Assembly: GCA_051362555.1 (NCBI GenBank)
Contig: CM120645.1
Span: 10,230,001 to 10,294,000 of the forward strand
Direction of reading: 5' to 3'
From: Lingula anatina
Lineage: Eukaryota > Animalia > Brachiopoda
Length of the DNA: 64,000 bases
The stretch's first letter is position 1. Every line of letters begins with the position of its first letter. The notes below the pieces were generated by a model. The model did not search any database. It was given only the letters and a program-made list of their open reading frames with translations, and was not told the DNA's origin. Shown here piece after piece: positions 26,294 through 38,766 of the stretch. Both the position numbers and the translations under genes were made by a program.

Positions 26294-28347
26294 GGTGCGC
26301 AGTGGTCATTTGCATTAATAGAAAAAAAAAAAACAGAAGGGTGGGGGTGGGGAATCCAATGCTTCCTTTGTAACCGGTGCAGACAAATTCGCTTTGACCC
26401 GTGACAGATAGCAGACTTCTACTCAAAAGTGATGACTGTACAGATGTTTCATCATTTTGCCTTTGTCTTCCAAGAAGAATCCCCCGCTTGTTCTGCAGAC
26501 GAGATGACAAGACAATTTCAAACTCGTGGTGAATGTATTATGGGTTTCTAAGAACTTTTGTATTATGTGTTATTGCGCATCACTTTTTACCAGCTCAAAT
26601 CAACCGTCTGTTCCTTCGTAAATAGACTCACGCAAAGCCCTTTTAGCATTAAGATTTTTTTCTGATACGATGCCAGGCAATAGAAAAAATCATGAAACCG
26701 AAAAAAAGACCTCCACCCCAAAAAACGCCGATATGACGTCATCGGCAAAATGGCCATGCTTCATCTGAACAGCTTATGAACATGATATGATAAATTTATA
26801 ACTATCAGTATTATGTTAAGGCGTTTAAGCTTGGTACTGCCTAACGTGGTAAATGGCCTGAAAGGAAGGCAAAATAGAGATTCAGAAGATAAAGCCTAGT
26901 ATCCTCCCAGGATAAAGCTAATATCCTTGTAGGATACAACCCTATATTCTCGTAGGATAAGATTATATGGGGGTCACTATATTCTGCGGAATACTTCATA
27001 GAAGGTTGTGTTTGACATGTGATTTAAAAAGCTTCCTTATATTATATATCTTTGGATTGTTTATAGCATACATATATGTTGAGAGATATTTTTGTTGTAA
27101 AGCTTATTTTCATTACTTGTTGGCAAATAAAATGTGTTTTGAAAACCTCCCTTTGCTGATTGCGTTGATTGCGACAAGAGAGGATCCTAAAGGCGGGGAC
27201 CACAGAAAACACACCGGACACCGATCTGATACTCTGGACAGCCGCGTTCATACACAAACTTATGAGAAATCCATAACAAGCAAATCATACTTATTTAATT
27301 TAATATATCATGCTAGTAAATATTTGATGAACAGACTTTGCTTGTGATATATTACGCAGAGACAAATTACTCATTATGTATTACTGGAGGGACCCAAAGG
27401 GTATTTTCGCTTTCCTTGAAACCCACTTTTTATCTCCCAAGATGAAGCTTCCGTGAAGCACCCCATTCCCGTGACTCAACGAAGTCATTGTAGTCGTTGA
27501 TCAATGCGTGTTTGTCAACACACCGGCCTGGCATTTGTATGATACCCCGTACAGCTGCGTTCACAAACAAATATGTGAGAAATCCGTGTATACGCCTGCG
27601 CAACATGTAATTTAGCTTTGATGAAAAGACACTTTGATGTTAGTTTTGATAATGTAGACACAAACAAAGTTTATAGTGTATTACAAGAAAAATAAACATT
27701 TAAATAAATAAATAAATAAATATAGGTATTAGAATGATAAATATTTCAAATGAAATCAAGTCATATGACACGCAGCAAATATGTGCACCTTAACCTCTAG
27801 AAGTGGGTTTGACCCGCACATGATCATCATCATGTGTCATTCATAAAATGACATATTGCGACAGACAGACAGGGGGATGAACTGTAGAAGACCTTTACCT
27901 AAAATACACATACACATGCATATATCCAATCAACTGACAACTCGAATACATCAAATGTTTGTAAATAACAATATAAGGTGCCCAGAGACGACCGTATCAA
28001 TGCCCCTCTTCACTGTCACTTTAGATATTTTTTCGAAACATTTAAAAATAATGACAGCTATAAAATGACCCATTATAAAGATAGTGCCATGATGTTTCAC
28101 CGGTGACATAGCATAGCGCACGTTCTGGTCAAGAGACACGGAAGGAGGTAGGTCCTTAGCTGTCTAGCTATTGGTTGTTAATTTCAAGTTTGCTTAATTT
28201 TGTTTACTAAATAAGATATAAAGATTGGCATCATTTGCCGCTTCAGTTTGTCGACAATCGGGGTTTCAGATATGTGCTGTTTCGTAATTTGCTTGAGATA
28301 AAATAAGAAAAGAATATAAATAAATGTTTCCCAATGCGTTATGGATT

Positions 28348-28519
28348 CCGGTGTAACATGAAAGAGAGTCCCCCACGATATAGAGTCCGCTTCCCATTTA
28401 TTTGCATAGGTAAACCTCGCCCTAGAATTTGATCCACTTAGGTCAGACTAACCCTAACCATCATAACTAAATGGAGGCCAGACTTTCTGTTACATGTACC
28501 CTCAGTTTCGTTACACCGG
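28348..28519. mobile_element. Small MITE
   Basis: Perfect 10-bp TIRs CCGGTGTAAC and GTTACACCGG, with an internal TAACCCTAACC motif. Confidence 0.55.
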
Positions 28520-30190
28520 ATCATCACTGAGATCAAACGTTTAGGAAGCTGCACGTCACCGTATATAAATGCACTCAATGCGTGTTTAATCTAGACCTTA
28601 TGCCATAAGTGATTTTCTTTAAAACCTCAACACTTAATCAACAATCCAATGAACAAGAAGAACACCATTCCAATACCGTGGACAAAATCTTGATATATGA
28701 GCCCAGGTTTTTGTTTTAAGTTTTGATTATTAAACCTCAGCCTCCTCGCCCTCTCTCTCTGTCTCTCCCTCCCCCCCTCTCTCTCTCTTGCTGGAGATGG
28801 AGTCTGGTGCATTGCTCATGACAGTAAAAGAAAAAATTAAGAGCTTAAGCACTGGTTTTGTGGAAACATTAATATCTACTGGGCTTAAAATTGGACTTAT
28901 GAAATCCCCAAATGTTCAATGTATTGAATATTGTTTTTATTTTGAAAATAACCTGCTTCTCGGTTCAGATATCAAACGAACGAGGGCACTGCTTAATGTG
29001 GCCATTGATGAAGCGTCTGGGATTTTATAAGGATATAAAAAGAACATTAGGAACAAAAAACACTTCTTTAAAATTGGATTGCTGAAAACATTTCGGTTTT
29101 GCATGTAGAACGCGTAGAGTGTAAACTTGCTATGCTATAACATGCGTAACGTTTTTTTTTCATCCTTACAAAAACGCACCTATGCCGAAGCGTACCACAC
29201 ATATTTCGAGACGAGACTGTCGCAAGCACACCGTTCTCTTCATTTCATCTATTAGGTAATATTTTGCTATGGACGAAATCAATAAGTGATATTACTTTTG
29301 TTTTATTCGAATGATATGTACATAATTCATATCAATTTAAAATGACGGTCATGACTAAAGAGAAACGAAGACAAATACCATTTAGGAAGGGACGTACAGC
29401 AACATGCTCGAGCGTTTAACCAAACAACATTATATTGTACATGTAAATGGGGCATATTAAAGCTCTGTTACATTAAGAGAATTACAGAATATCTATCGGG
29501 CAGACAATCTTTGACATATGGTGACTTTATGCGGCCATTGGCGACGCCTGTGGCATTTTATAGAGATAAGAGGCCATAAACAACAGAAAATAGTTTTATT
29601 GAATTGTTTTACTGAAAACAGAGTTTAAATTTATTTTAACATGCGCAACGCTATTTTACCCTTCCAAAAGGCAAGGCGTGGCACATGTTTCGTGACCGAA
29701 CTGTGGAAAGCATACTGTTCTCTTTGTTTTATGTAATAAATAATACTTTGCTATGGAATCAATAGGTGTTATCACTTTTATTTTATTCGAGTTCGGAATA
29801 GATGTACGTAATTCGTATCGCCATAAGATAATGACCAAGACTGAAAAAAAAAAAAAAAAAAAAAAAACGAAGACGATTCAGGCACGACCGTGGAGGAACA
29901 GCAAATGAAGAATTGCAGTATTTCGCAGATTTTAATCTTTTTAACTGTTTTAATTGTTTTAATACGCTTTGAACACACCGCACCGGTTTACATTGGGTCG
30001 GGTGATGTTTGAATAAATTTGTGGATAATGTCTATTAAACGTTCAGGGTGAAAAGGTGATGGTTGACATGAACACGGTTTCGGAGATAACTGCTAGGGCA
30101 AACTGTCTGGGGGTTATGTACTTTTTGTTTCACTTTGGCGTGTTATATAAACCTAGACGTTTTGGACACTTCTGCTACAAACATGCAATA

Positions 30191-30590
30191 TTGAACACCA
30201 AGTGTACAACAATGACGATGCGTACAACAAGGAAACCATACCAGGTCCGTATCCAGCAATTTCAAAAGAGGGGTCCTTTTCCTGAAAAAGTGGACCTTTT
30301 ACCATAAAATCTTCATGTACCTAGATAAGCATTTACCCAGATGGGACCTTTTCCCGGCAAAGGGGGGGGGGGGTTCTTTTGAAACTCCCGAAACCCCCTG
30401 GTTACGGGCCTGCAAACTCCCACTCACACCGGCCGGTCCGACTGAAGGCTCCCTTGATAAACGCTGCTCGAAATTAATGCGGCGGTAAATTTAATATACC
30501 GTATACGTAGAAGAAAACGCACCCCAAAGCAGTTTGACCCAGATGGTAAACGGTGTACTTTTGACGGAAGGCGAGTTAAGTATCTGAATA
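30191..30590 (+). pseudogene. Relic fragment of a copper amine oxidase paralogue, interrupted by a MITE
   Basis: 30191-30232 and 30412-30590 align to about 32424-32655 of the intact gene (CGTAGAAGAAAACGCACCCCAAAGCAGTTTGACCCAGATGGTAAACGG versus CGTAGAAGAAAACGCATCCCGAAACAGTTTGAACCAGACGGTAAACGG). Confidence 0.8.
30242..30412. mobile_element. MITE of the same family as 16719-16917, in reverse orientation
   Basis: Ends CAGGTCCGTATCC and GGTTACGGGCCTG; the interior is the reverse complement of the 16.7-kb element (AAAAAGTGGACCTTTT, CTTCATGTACCTAGAT). Confidence 0.75.
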
Positions 30591-31111
30591 TTAATATTGT
30601 TTTAATTGTTTCGATACGCTTTAAGCACATCACTCCGGTTCAAATTGGGTCGGGTGATGTCTGAGTTAATTTTCGAATAATGTCTATTATACGTTCAGGG
30701 TGAAGAGGTTGACACTAACGCAGTTACGCAGATTCAGTGTAAACTCTGCGGCTCACGCACTAATTGTTTGACATGTGATATAAACCTAGACTCTTTTGAC
30801 ACCGCCGCCATAAAAATGCATGTATTCAAACTTTTAATGAAACAAATAGTGGTATTATGCAAGTAGAACCCAGAAGTTATGTTAAGCTAAACATGTTATG
30901 CTAAGATAAAGAACTACGCCCATTGAAAAAAATTGAGGAATTAGGACCTGCAAAATTTTTAAGGGTAAAAAGTTTTAGTTTAAGTGTGATTACTAAGGTG
31001 TGCGTTTTCCCACATGAAGTATAATGGTGTACATGAAATAAAATTATACGTTTACAAATTATATCAAATAAAGATATCGTGGTAGAGGTTGACATGCAAA
31101 CTACCACCCAA

Positions 31112-31286
31112 TGGGGCCGTAGCAATAGTCCGAAGGTTCAATGGTCCGACGGTTCATTGGTCCGAATGTTCACTATAGAACCTTCGGACCAATGGACCCT
31201 TGATTAAAAAAAAGATGAAAATGTTACTGTTTTTCGAACCAATGTACCTTCGGACCAATGAACCTTCGGACTATTGAGACGCCCCC
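31112..31286. mobile_element. Foldback-type MITE with 16-bp subterminal repeats and 8-9 bp TSD (MULE- or hAT-like)
   Basis: CAATAGTCCGAAGGTTCA units on the left arm are mirrored by TGAACCTTCGGACTATTG units on the right arm; CCACCCAA is duplicated at 31104-31111 and 31287-31294. Confidence 0.75.
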
Positions 31287-31508
31287 CCACCCAACTATAC
31301 AAATATCTTCGACTTCAACACTGTTTGTACCTTTCAAAGTGCGAGGTACACATGTATTCCAAATTAGAAAGTGGTAGAAGCTTATTATCATGTGTTAGCC
31401 AAGGGGATGCTCCAGGGTACAACGTAATTTGGTATTATTAATTAATATTGATACCTAGCTGAATGGGTTATTATTTCTAATATCCTTTTTTCATGATTTT
31501 TCGCTATC

Positions 31509-34113
31509 ATGGCAGCAATGCACGAAAGGACGAAGAGCTATCTCCGTGGGAGGTTTTGGATCTGGAGCACCATCGGCCTCTCTTTTCTCAGCCTCACTCT
31601 TCTGATTGCACTGGTTGCAGTAGGTGAGAAATGGCGGGAACTGGAGGAAAACCAGCAGCAACTTATTCACAGGTCCCGTAGGTCCTCGGCGGAAACCGAA
31701 GTTGGTAAAAGGACGAAACGCACCACCCACTGGAATGTGCCGCATTTGCGGTCTTATTGGAATTACAGAAACTATTGGAATATTCTTCCGAAATATGAAC
31801 TTTCAACCCCCTCCATTTTCGACTCCCTGACCAATGAGGAGATGTTAAAAATCCAGCGATTCATGCAACAGCAACCAGAGCTGAATCTAAAACCGGTGTC
31901 TGAAGCCTCCATGTCTGATAATTATATATTCCTCATGGAAGCCGTGCTCCCACCAAAATCCGAAGTGCTGGATCACCTCGATAGAGGGCAGCCTATGCCA
32001 GCGCGCCGTGCACGTGTCACGTGCTTCATGGGAGCAAAGAATCCTCCGGTCGTTGAAGAGTTCTTAGTTTCTCCGTTACCGAGAGTGGCGCGATATGAAC
32101 GGGTTAGCAGTACAATATCGTTCCACGCGAGACCAATTGATGGCTTTGAATCCAATGGGATGGATGAATACATCTTCAAACCAATCACAGAAAAGATGTT
32201 TCCAATTTTAAAGAAATACTACGGCTACTGGTACCACAACTGCACCAATCGGTGTATTTATTTTGACACGAGCGCACGAGGTCTTAGAGCAGGAGATCGT
32301 CAGGTCCACGCGTCGGCTTACCGATACGGAATTGACGGCTACTACATTTGGCCACTTCCTTTGCAGATTGTCGTGAATACAAACGGCAATAACCCTGCAG
32401 CTTACAGCGTAACCAGATTGTACTTTGAACATCAATCGTACAGCAACGTCGACGAAATACTGGATGCGTACAACAGTGGTCAACTGAAGGTAACCAAGCT
32501 CCCACCTCCACCAACTAGACCGACGTACGGCTCTCCTGAGAAAAGACGCTTGCATTACGGCGGCGATTATCGTAGAAGAAAACGCATCCCGAAACAGTTT
32601 GAACCAGACGGTAAACGGTACACTGTTGACGGACGCCGAGTAAAATATCTGGATTGGGAGTTCAACGTTCGCTTTCGTGCCTTGACGGGAATACAGATAA
32701 TGGACGTGAGATTCCGAGGTGAGAGAATCGCCTATGAAATTGGTATTGGGGAAATAGCTGTCTATTATTCAGGAAGGGAACCCACAGGAATTTTAGCAAA
32801 TTTCCTAGACTCGGGATTCGTGCTCGGTCGACTGCATTTCCCACTTCTAAAAGGGTATGACTGTCCCAACAACGCCATGTACTTCGACAACACCTTTTAC
32901 AACCCATCAGGCGGCCGTCCCCACACCCATAGGTCCGCTGTCTGTCTGTTTGAACACAACACTGGTATACCAGTCCGTCGACACTATTTGAGAGACTATA
33001 CCGGCCCAGATATTTCGAGTTTCAATTACCAATTTAGCCTACCGGGCACCGTACTCATTCTTCGAGGGATTATTACACTTTTCAATTATGATTATGTACT
33101 CGATTACGTCTTTCATCCTAATGGCGTCATTGAGACCAAGGTTTCTTCAACAGGGTACGTATTCAGCATCACCAATCCTAAGGGGGAAAGTTCACCATAC
33201 GGGTACAACATAAACACCGAGGACGGTATACTGGCTCCACTTCACCATCACATGTTCAACTTCAAGGTCGATCTTGATATAGGCGGTACACAAAATCGGT
33301 TCGAGACTTGGGATCTGAAACTGGAGAGCCTCCCCAACCCTCTAGCCCCAGGCGACAGTTGGATACAGAAGAGACTTGAACGAAATCTACGCAGAAACGA
33401 GCAAGATGCCCTGATCAAGTATAACTTTGACGAACCGATATATTACGTGATGTACAACGCTGGAGCCAATAACTCATTGGGTTATCCACGTGGATACCGG
33501 ATTTATTCCAACGGATTCTCCAAGAAAATGCTACCGGATGGATGGTCGTTTGAAAACGGAATCTCTTGGGCTCGGCAACAGGTGGCAGTATTGAAGCAGA
33601 AGGTAACAGTGACCTTTCATGGGTGTCAACGTTTTTGTCCTCATTTATACTATTCTGCATGTACCGGGGTATTGTTGCATTACTTTAGGAATACGGCAAT
33701 GTAACCGACAGTGTATTATACCATAGTTTTGTTTATTGAGATGTGGTTTAGCACAGAAAAGGGTTTATTGTATATTGATTCAGTTTTTTTAAGACAAGAA
33801 AATTATCTTATTGTACTGTAAAATTGTTTATTTATTATAGGACAGCGAAGACACGACAGCCAGTCTATTCAACCAAGCCGATCCCTACAATCCCACCAAA
33901 AACTTTGCTGATTTTCACGGAGACAACGAGAGCATAGTCGACCAGGACTTGGTAGCTTGGGTTACCGTAGGTATACACCACATCCCTGTGGCTGAAGACA
34001 TCCCCGTGACGACAACCCCAGGAAAGGAGCTCTCAATCTTTTTAACCCCACTGAATTATTATGACGAAGACCCTTCGATGACGTCATGTGACGCAACTGT
34101 CGTACGACCTTGA
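31509..34113 (+). CDS. Copper-containing amine oxidase (AOC/diamine oxidase-like), 788 aa, type II membrane anchor
   Basis: Exons 31509-33602 and 33841-34113 (phase 0, GT-AG). TPQ motif TLFNYDYVLD, Cu ligands LHHHMFNFKVDLD and GIHHIP.AED, catalytic-base region NFLDSGF, and DQDLVAWVT. AATAAA at 34175-34180. Confidence 0.93.
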
Positions 34114-34864
34114 GAGGCAAGACCTGACGTTGCTCCACTCTAGCAATTCAGATTGGAATTGTCCTTTTCAATTGAATAAATTGACAAAACATTAAGGTTT
34201 TGGGTATTTCCTATGTACCTTTACATGGTCATTTTTATAGATTACGCATTAACCTACCGTCGATTATAAGAGTTGATGTTGATTTGAGCTTAAGCAGCCC
34301 ATGTTTAACTTAAACCTGTAACAATCGTCGCTCAAGTTATGTAATGACAGACCACTTTTTCAATGAAATAGTGGTAGGGATTTTGCGTAAGTGTGAAATC
34401 AAACGCGGATCGTGTATTTAGTAGTCAATTCCCGAAATAATCTCTCTCTCTCTCTCTCGCTCGCTCGCTCGCTTTGGTAGTTCAAATAGCGTCAAGCATT
34501 CTGGACTGATAAGCTTGATTCGTCTTGTATCTGATGTAACATAAGGCTTCATGGCGCTTAATCCCTTAACTGTGTACTAGTAATACCACCTTCACGACTG
34601 CACTCCTCCCACTTGGTGCATTAATGGCCTCGTTTACACAGCCGTACCTATACCATAATATTTTAAAGAAACATATCCCTTTGATCGACGAAGGGAACAT
34701 CGTTTTACTGAGACGCGAGGGGCTCGAGGCCACGTTGTTACATGTAGAAATTATCAAAAACAGTCTATTCACGCAGTCGTCGTCAGAAAACGTTTGTCGC
34801 AACGCAGAACCTGTCAGATCGGCCGCTGTGTGAATGGAACCAAACCGGTGACAACGCAGACACG

Positions 34865-34871
34865 TATATAA
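34865..34871 (+). promoter_or_regulatory. TATA box of the prokineticin-fold gene
   Basis: TATATAA about 70 bp upstream of the ATG at 34939. Confidence 0.55.
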
Positions 34872-34938
34872 GGATGCGCAGTACCCGCTACCCGGCCCAT
34901 GTACAGTAAGTCGAGCTAGAGTACTGCTACCCGCCGTG

Positions 34939-36305
34939 ATGAAGGTCCTTATCGTCGCTGTCACCCTGTTTGCTGTGTCACAGGCAAGTGGATGTCTTTT
35001 TCTCTTATTTCTACTTTTTTCCAGATGAGTATTTGATTTTTTTTTGTAATTTCCTGTTGAAGAAACCATGACAACCTTCGATGAAGATTTACGTCTTGTT
35101 ATGTAGTAATGGCACCAATCTGTTCCTTTTTATAAATCAAACCGATCTGACTAAATTTTTTTCTTTACTACTCGAGTGGCCAGATTTGATCAAATGCCTT
35201 CCTATGATCTGCGGAACTCGAAAGACTACACCTTGATTACTTTTTGAAAATTTTGTACAACAGACGCTAGTCTGCCCGTTTACGTAATTGTGGATTGAAA
35301 TGCTACTAGTACATTGTACAAACCTTTATATACAATACATCTTCCTATAACAACATAAACCAAATCATAACATAAAGAATAATGGTGTGGACTTATATCT
35401 ACTTCAGGCACAATTTGGAATCGAGTGGAACAAGCTTCCAGACCTGTTTAACTTTGGCACCAAAGCCCCAGGAACAGTATGCAAGACCTCTGAGGAATGT
35501 GGCGACGGCGAGTGCTGCGTGGAGGACATCTTTGGGCAGGCGGCCCTCCTAGGTGACGTAGATACATTTTATCGTCTGGTTTGCCACTGCTCTGTGTACA
35601 AAGTATGTGTTTTGGATGAATTTCGTAGGACACGTCAGTGGTGTTGTTGGTGCCGTTAAGTGTTACTTAATAGATATAATGTAACAGAAACATCGTTTTG
35701 TGTTGTTTTAAAGGTTAGGGTTGTGTATTAGGGTTCTGAGAGAAAAGCCTTTGTCATTTTTTGTGTTTATTATTTTTTTCAAATTTTTCCTAGCCTAGTC
35801 ATTGCCATCATTACACATTCTTATGATAGTCATGGATACAATGTCCTTCACGTTTTCCCTGGTTTTTCTGTGTTACCACGTTGTTCTGCTTGAAGAACTA
35901 ACATAAGGTTTATCTTAAAAAATAGGCGTAAGAAGGGAAATGCTTTGAGTTATTGAAACTTAGTCAAATGACAATGAAAATTTAAATGGCATTCTCACAA
36001 ACGTGATCGGATTGTTAAGATAACTAAATGTCGTTTTAACAATAAAACCCAGTTTATTAATTTGCATATTTGAAAATGAAAATAATATAGCAAAAATGAA
36101 TAAATTATCTTCAGGAAAGCGTCAGCTGATCTGGCCATTTACCAAGCAGCAGGGTGTATGCAAACCATACAGGAAAGAGGGAAGGTATGTACAACATGGT
36201 CACTTGTGCATGGACACTGACATTCTGCACACGCGCGCATGATGAATAACGCGAACTCAAACAAACGCCAAGAAACACACGTGAACGAGGAATTATTCAC
36301 CAAAT

Positions 36306-36338
<33 letters not shown>

Positions 36339-37073
36339 CTGACAGGTTGAGCAAACGGCCAGAGAGGATTTGGCACACATAAATATGTGCATTTTGTACA
36401 TACATGTGCATGTATGGGTTTATACCGCTTTCTGTGCGTTGACGCACCTGTAGGCGGACGCACGTAGAAGATTTTTAAAGGGTCATAAACTGGAATCAAT
36501 CGTGTGAAGGCGAATTCGATAACCAGCTGTCATTGTCTTACTGTTACGACAGATGGCAACGTCCACATTTGATATGATAACACTAAACATGATGTACACT
36601 TGGAGATAATTTGACATGCCTATATCTCTTTTTTTATTGCATTTGCGATTTAGGCTTATGTTATTAATTTTGGAACCAAAATATACTCGTTGGTAGGCGT
36701 TTATATATGAGGTATTGCACGTGATTTTTGAGGATCGAAATGTCTAAAAATTCTTCCATAATATAAGGCACAGCGATAAAATCTTTATGCCAAATGTACA
36801 AAATGGCTTCTCCATAGTTGCACATACTTACAGTATGTACATATGTGGTTTTCTTCCAGCGCCTGCCACCCACTGCACGAGACCCACCTTCAAAGCAGCA
36901 TGTACAAAGGAATGTACCAATTCTCCTGCCCGTGCGACCCAACCCTGGTTTGCAAGGGAGAAAAAGTCCAACAGACCTTCGGGTTCGTGATCCACACCAA
37001 CCCCACCTGCCAGGTCGATGCCGAGACCGGAAGTGGAAAGCCTGACACCGACAAACCAGAGGAAGACTTTTAA
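34939..37073 (+). CDS. Secreted prokineticin/astakine/colipase-fold cysteine-rich protein, 157 aa
   Basis: Exons 34939-34983 (GC donor CAG|GCAAGT), 35408-35552, 36115-36184 and 36860-37073 have consistent phases. Signal peptide MKVLIVAVTLFAVSQA and 10 Cys in the pattern C-C-CC-C-C-CPC-C-C. Confidence 0.8.
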
Positions 37074-38288
37074 ACAAACCTTGAGCCGGAAAAGACGTTG
37101 TTCGTGTGATCACAATTGACATACGTGTTGGCTGCCTGCATGATTTTGTACTTTTTGGTCAGAAATAAAAATGTTCGACTGTTTGGTTCGCCCAAGGCCT
37201 TGATCACGGATACTGAGTATGGTGCTATTAAGATGCGAACGTGTAGAAAATATCATCCGGGCCTCCGCCAAAATGTTGCTTATATCCAGGAGTTAAAGCT
37301 CATTTTTGCTACATGTATGAATAATTCAATCGATGATATTTATTTAATCAACACTTTGTGTGTTTTGTGCTTGAGTTTTGAAAACGCTTTGTTCTCCTAA
37401 ATAGAGTAGGCCCTAGTGATTTACTTAAATATACCGTTTACATTTATAACGCTATTCTCAATAGGCCTACCTGAATACGATTGCCAACGATGTTTTGTAA
37501 TCTGACATCGAATATATCATTGAAGTTTGTTGGAAAAATTCCATTTCCGATCAATAATATTGTTTTGAAATCTTTGCCATTTAAACGTTTGAAAGTCGAA
37601 ATGGCCTTATTCCATTAGGGGTGCCAATGTAATGAAGCTTTCGATATCTACATCATGTCACTCCTTCAAGTGTGGAATTGGTTTTCCTAGTCACCAGAGA
37701 TCTCCAGTTTTTCTAAACTTCGGTATAAACCCTTTGCAATATACCTGTATTTCGATGTTTTAACAACTAATCAATTAATTTCGTTCTTACAATTATATTA
37801 GGTCTTGCATGTTTAATTTAGAATTTAACATGAGTACCACGTATACTGGTACATGTGGGGTTTTGCGGAATGTAGGCCTACGTTAAAGGTACAAGACTGG
37901 TGGATGGAGAACACTGGTACATTTCAATAAGCTATATAATGACAACGTAGGCGTGCACTTACTTAAATAATGTTTTTTTATTGAAAAAAAAATCAGGAAA
38001 CATACAATAAATATGTCTTGTGGTTCTGTATGGACTTCAAAGTATTTGGAAGATAGACTTCACAGTTTTAAAATTAAATTTAAATGTAATTTTAAGCGAC
38101 ATTTAAAAGACTGCGAAAATGATCCCCGCCTAGTTCTCCTAATTTTTAAGTCTCTCCAGCAGATTAGACAAACGTCATACTCAAAGTAACAACGATCAAC
38201 GCTGTCACCACGATTGATTTACAATTCTAACAATGACAATAATGGTAATGACAATGATGACAGAAAAAAGTGATTACTGCAGCGACAT

Positions 38289-38728
38289 CTATGACAGTGC
38301 AAGGACAGCAAGACTCAACATGCCGGTGACGACGTGTGCGCCATAACCCCACGACCTTGACCTCGCTCCACTCGTTGACCCCTGGTTAGTTGACCCGGGG
38401 GTGGTGGTAATCATCACCTCCATATTGATGGTACACTCTTTAAGCGTGATCTGTGGATCAAGCATGTAGACTTTGTATAGTCCTAGTGCCGTCATCGTGG
38501 CCACTTCTCTTGCTGCCGCGCGACATGTGCTGAACGCTGTCCCTGTGCAGTTAACGTATTCGTTCAGTTTACTGGAAATTGAATTAGGTAGCGGATTAGG
38601 TAAGGAAATTGAGAAAGGCGCTAGAAGTATAAAGTATAAATATCCTATTCTTCGTCCGTACACTGTACCATATACTGGCACTGCTGCCTCACCTCATCTT
38701 TTTGCATTAAGTTTGGTCCTTGCAGCAT

Positions 38729-38766
<38 letters not shown>

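Noticed and set aside
31491-33660. Several minus-strand and alternate-frame ORFs
   Set aside because: Shadows of the amine oxidase exon with no independent motifs.
33603-33704. C-terminal 33 aa of the 731-aa ORF
   Set aside because: Intron read-through; the true C-terminus with the third Cu ligand is in exon 33841-34113.
34566-35069. 167-aa minus-strand ORF
   Set aside because: Overlaps the promoter and signal exon of the prokineticin-like gene; no recognisable domain or splice support.
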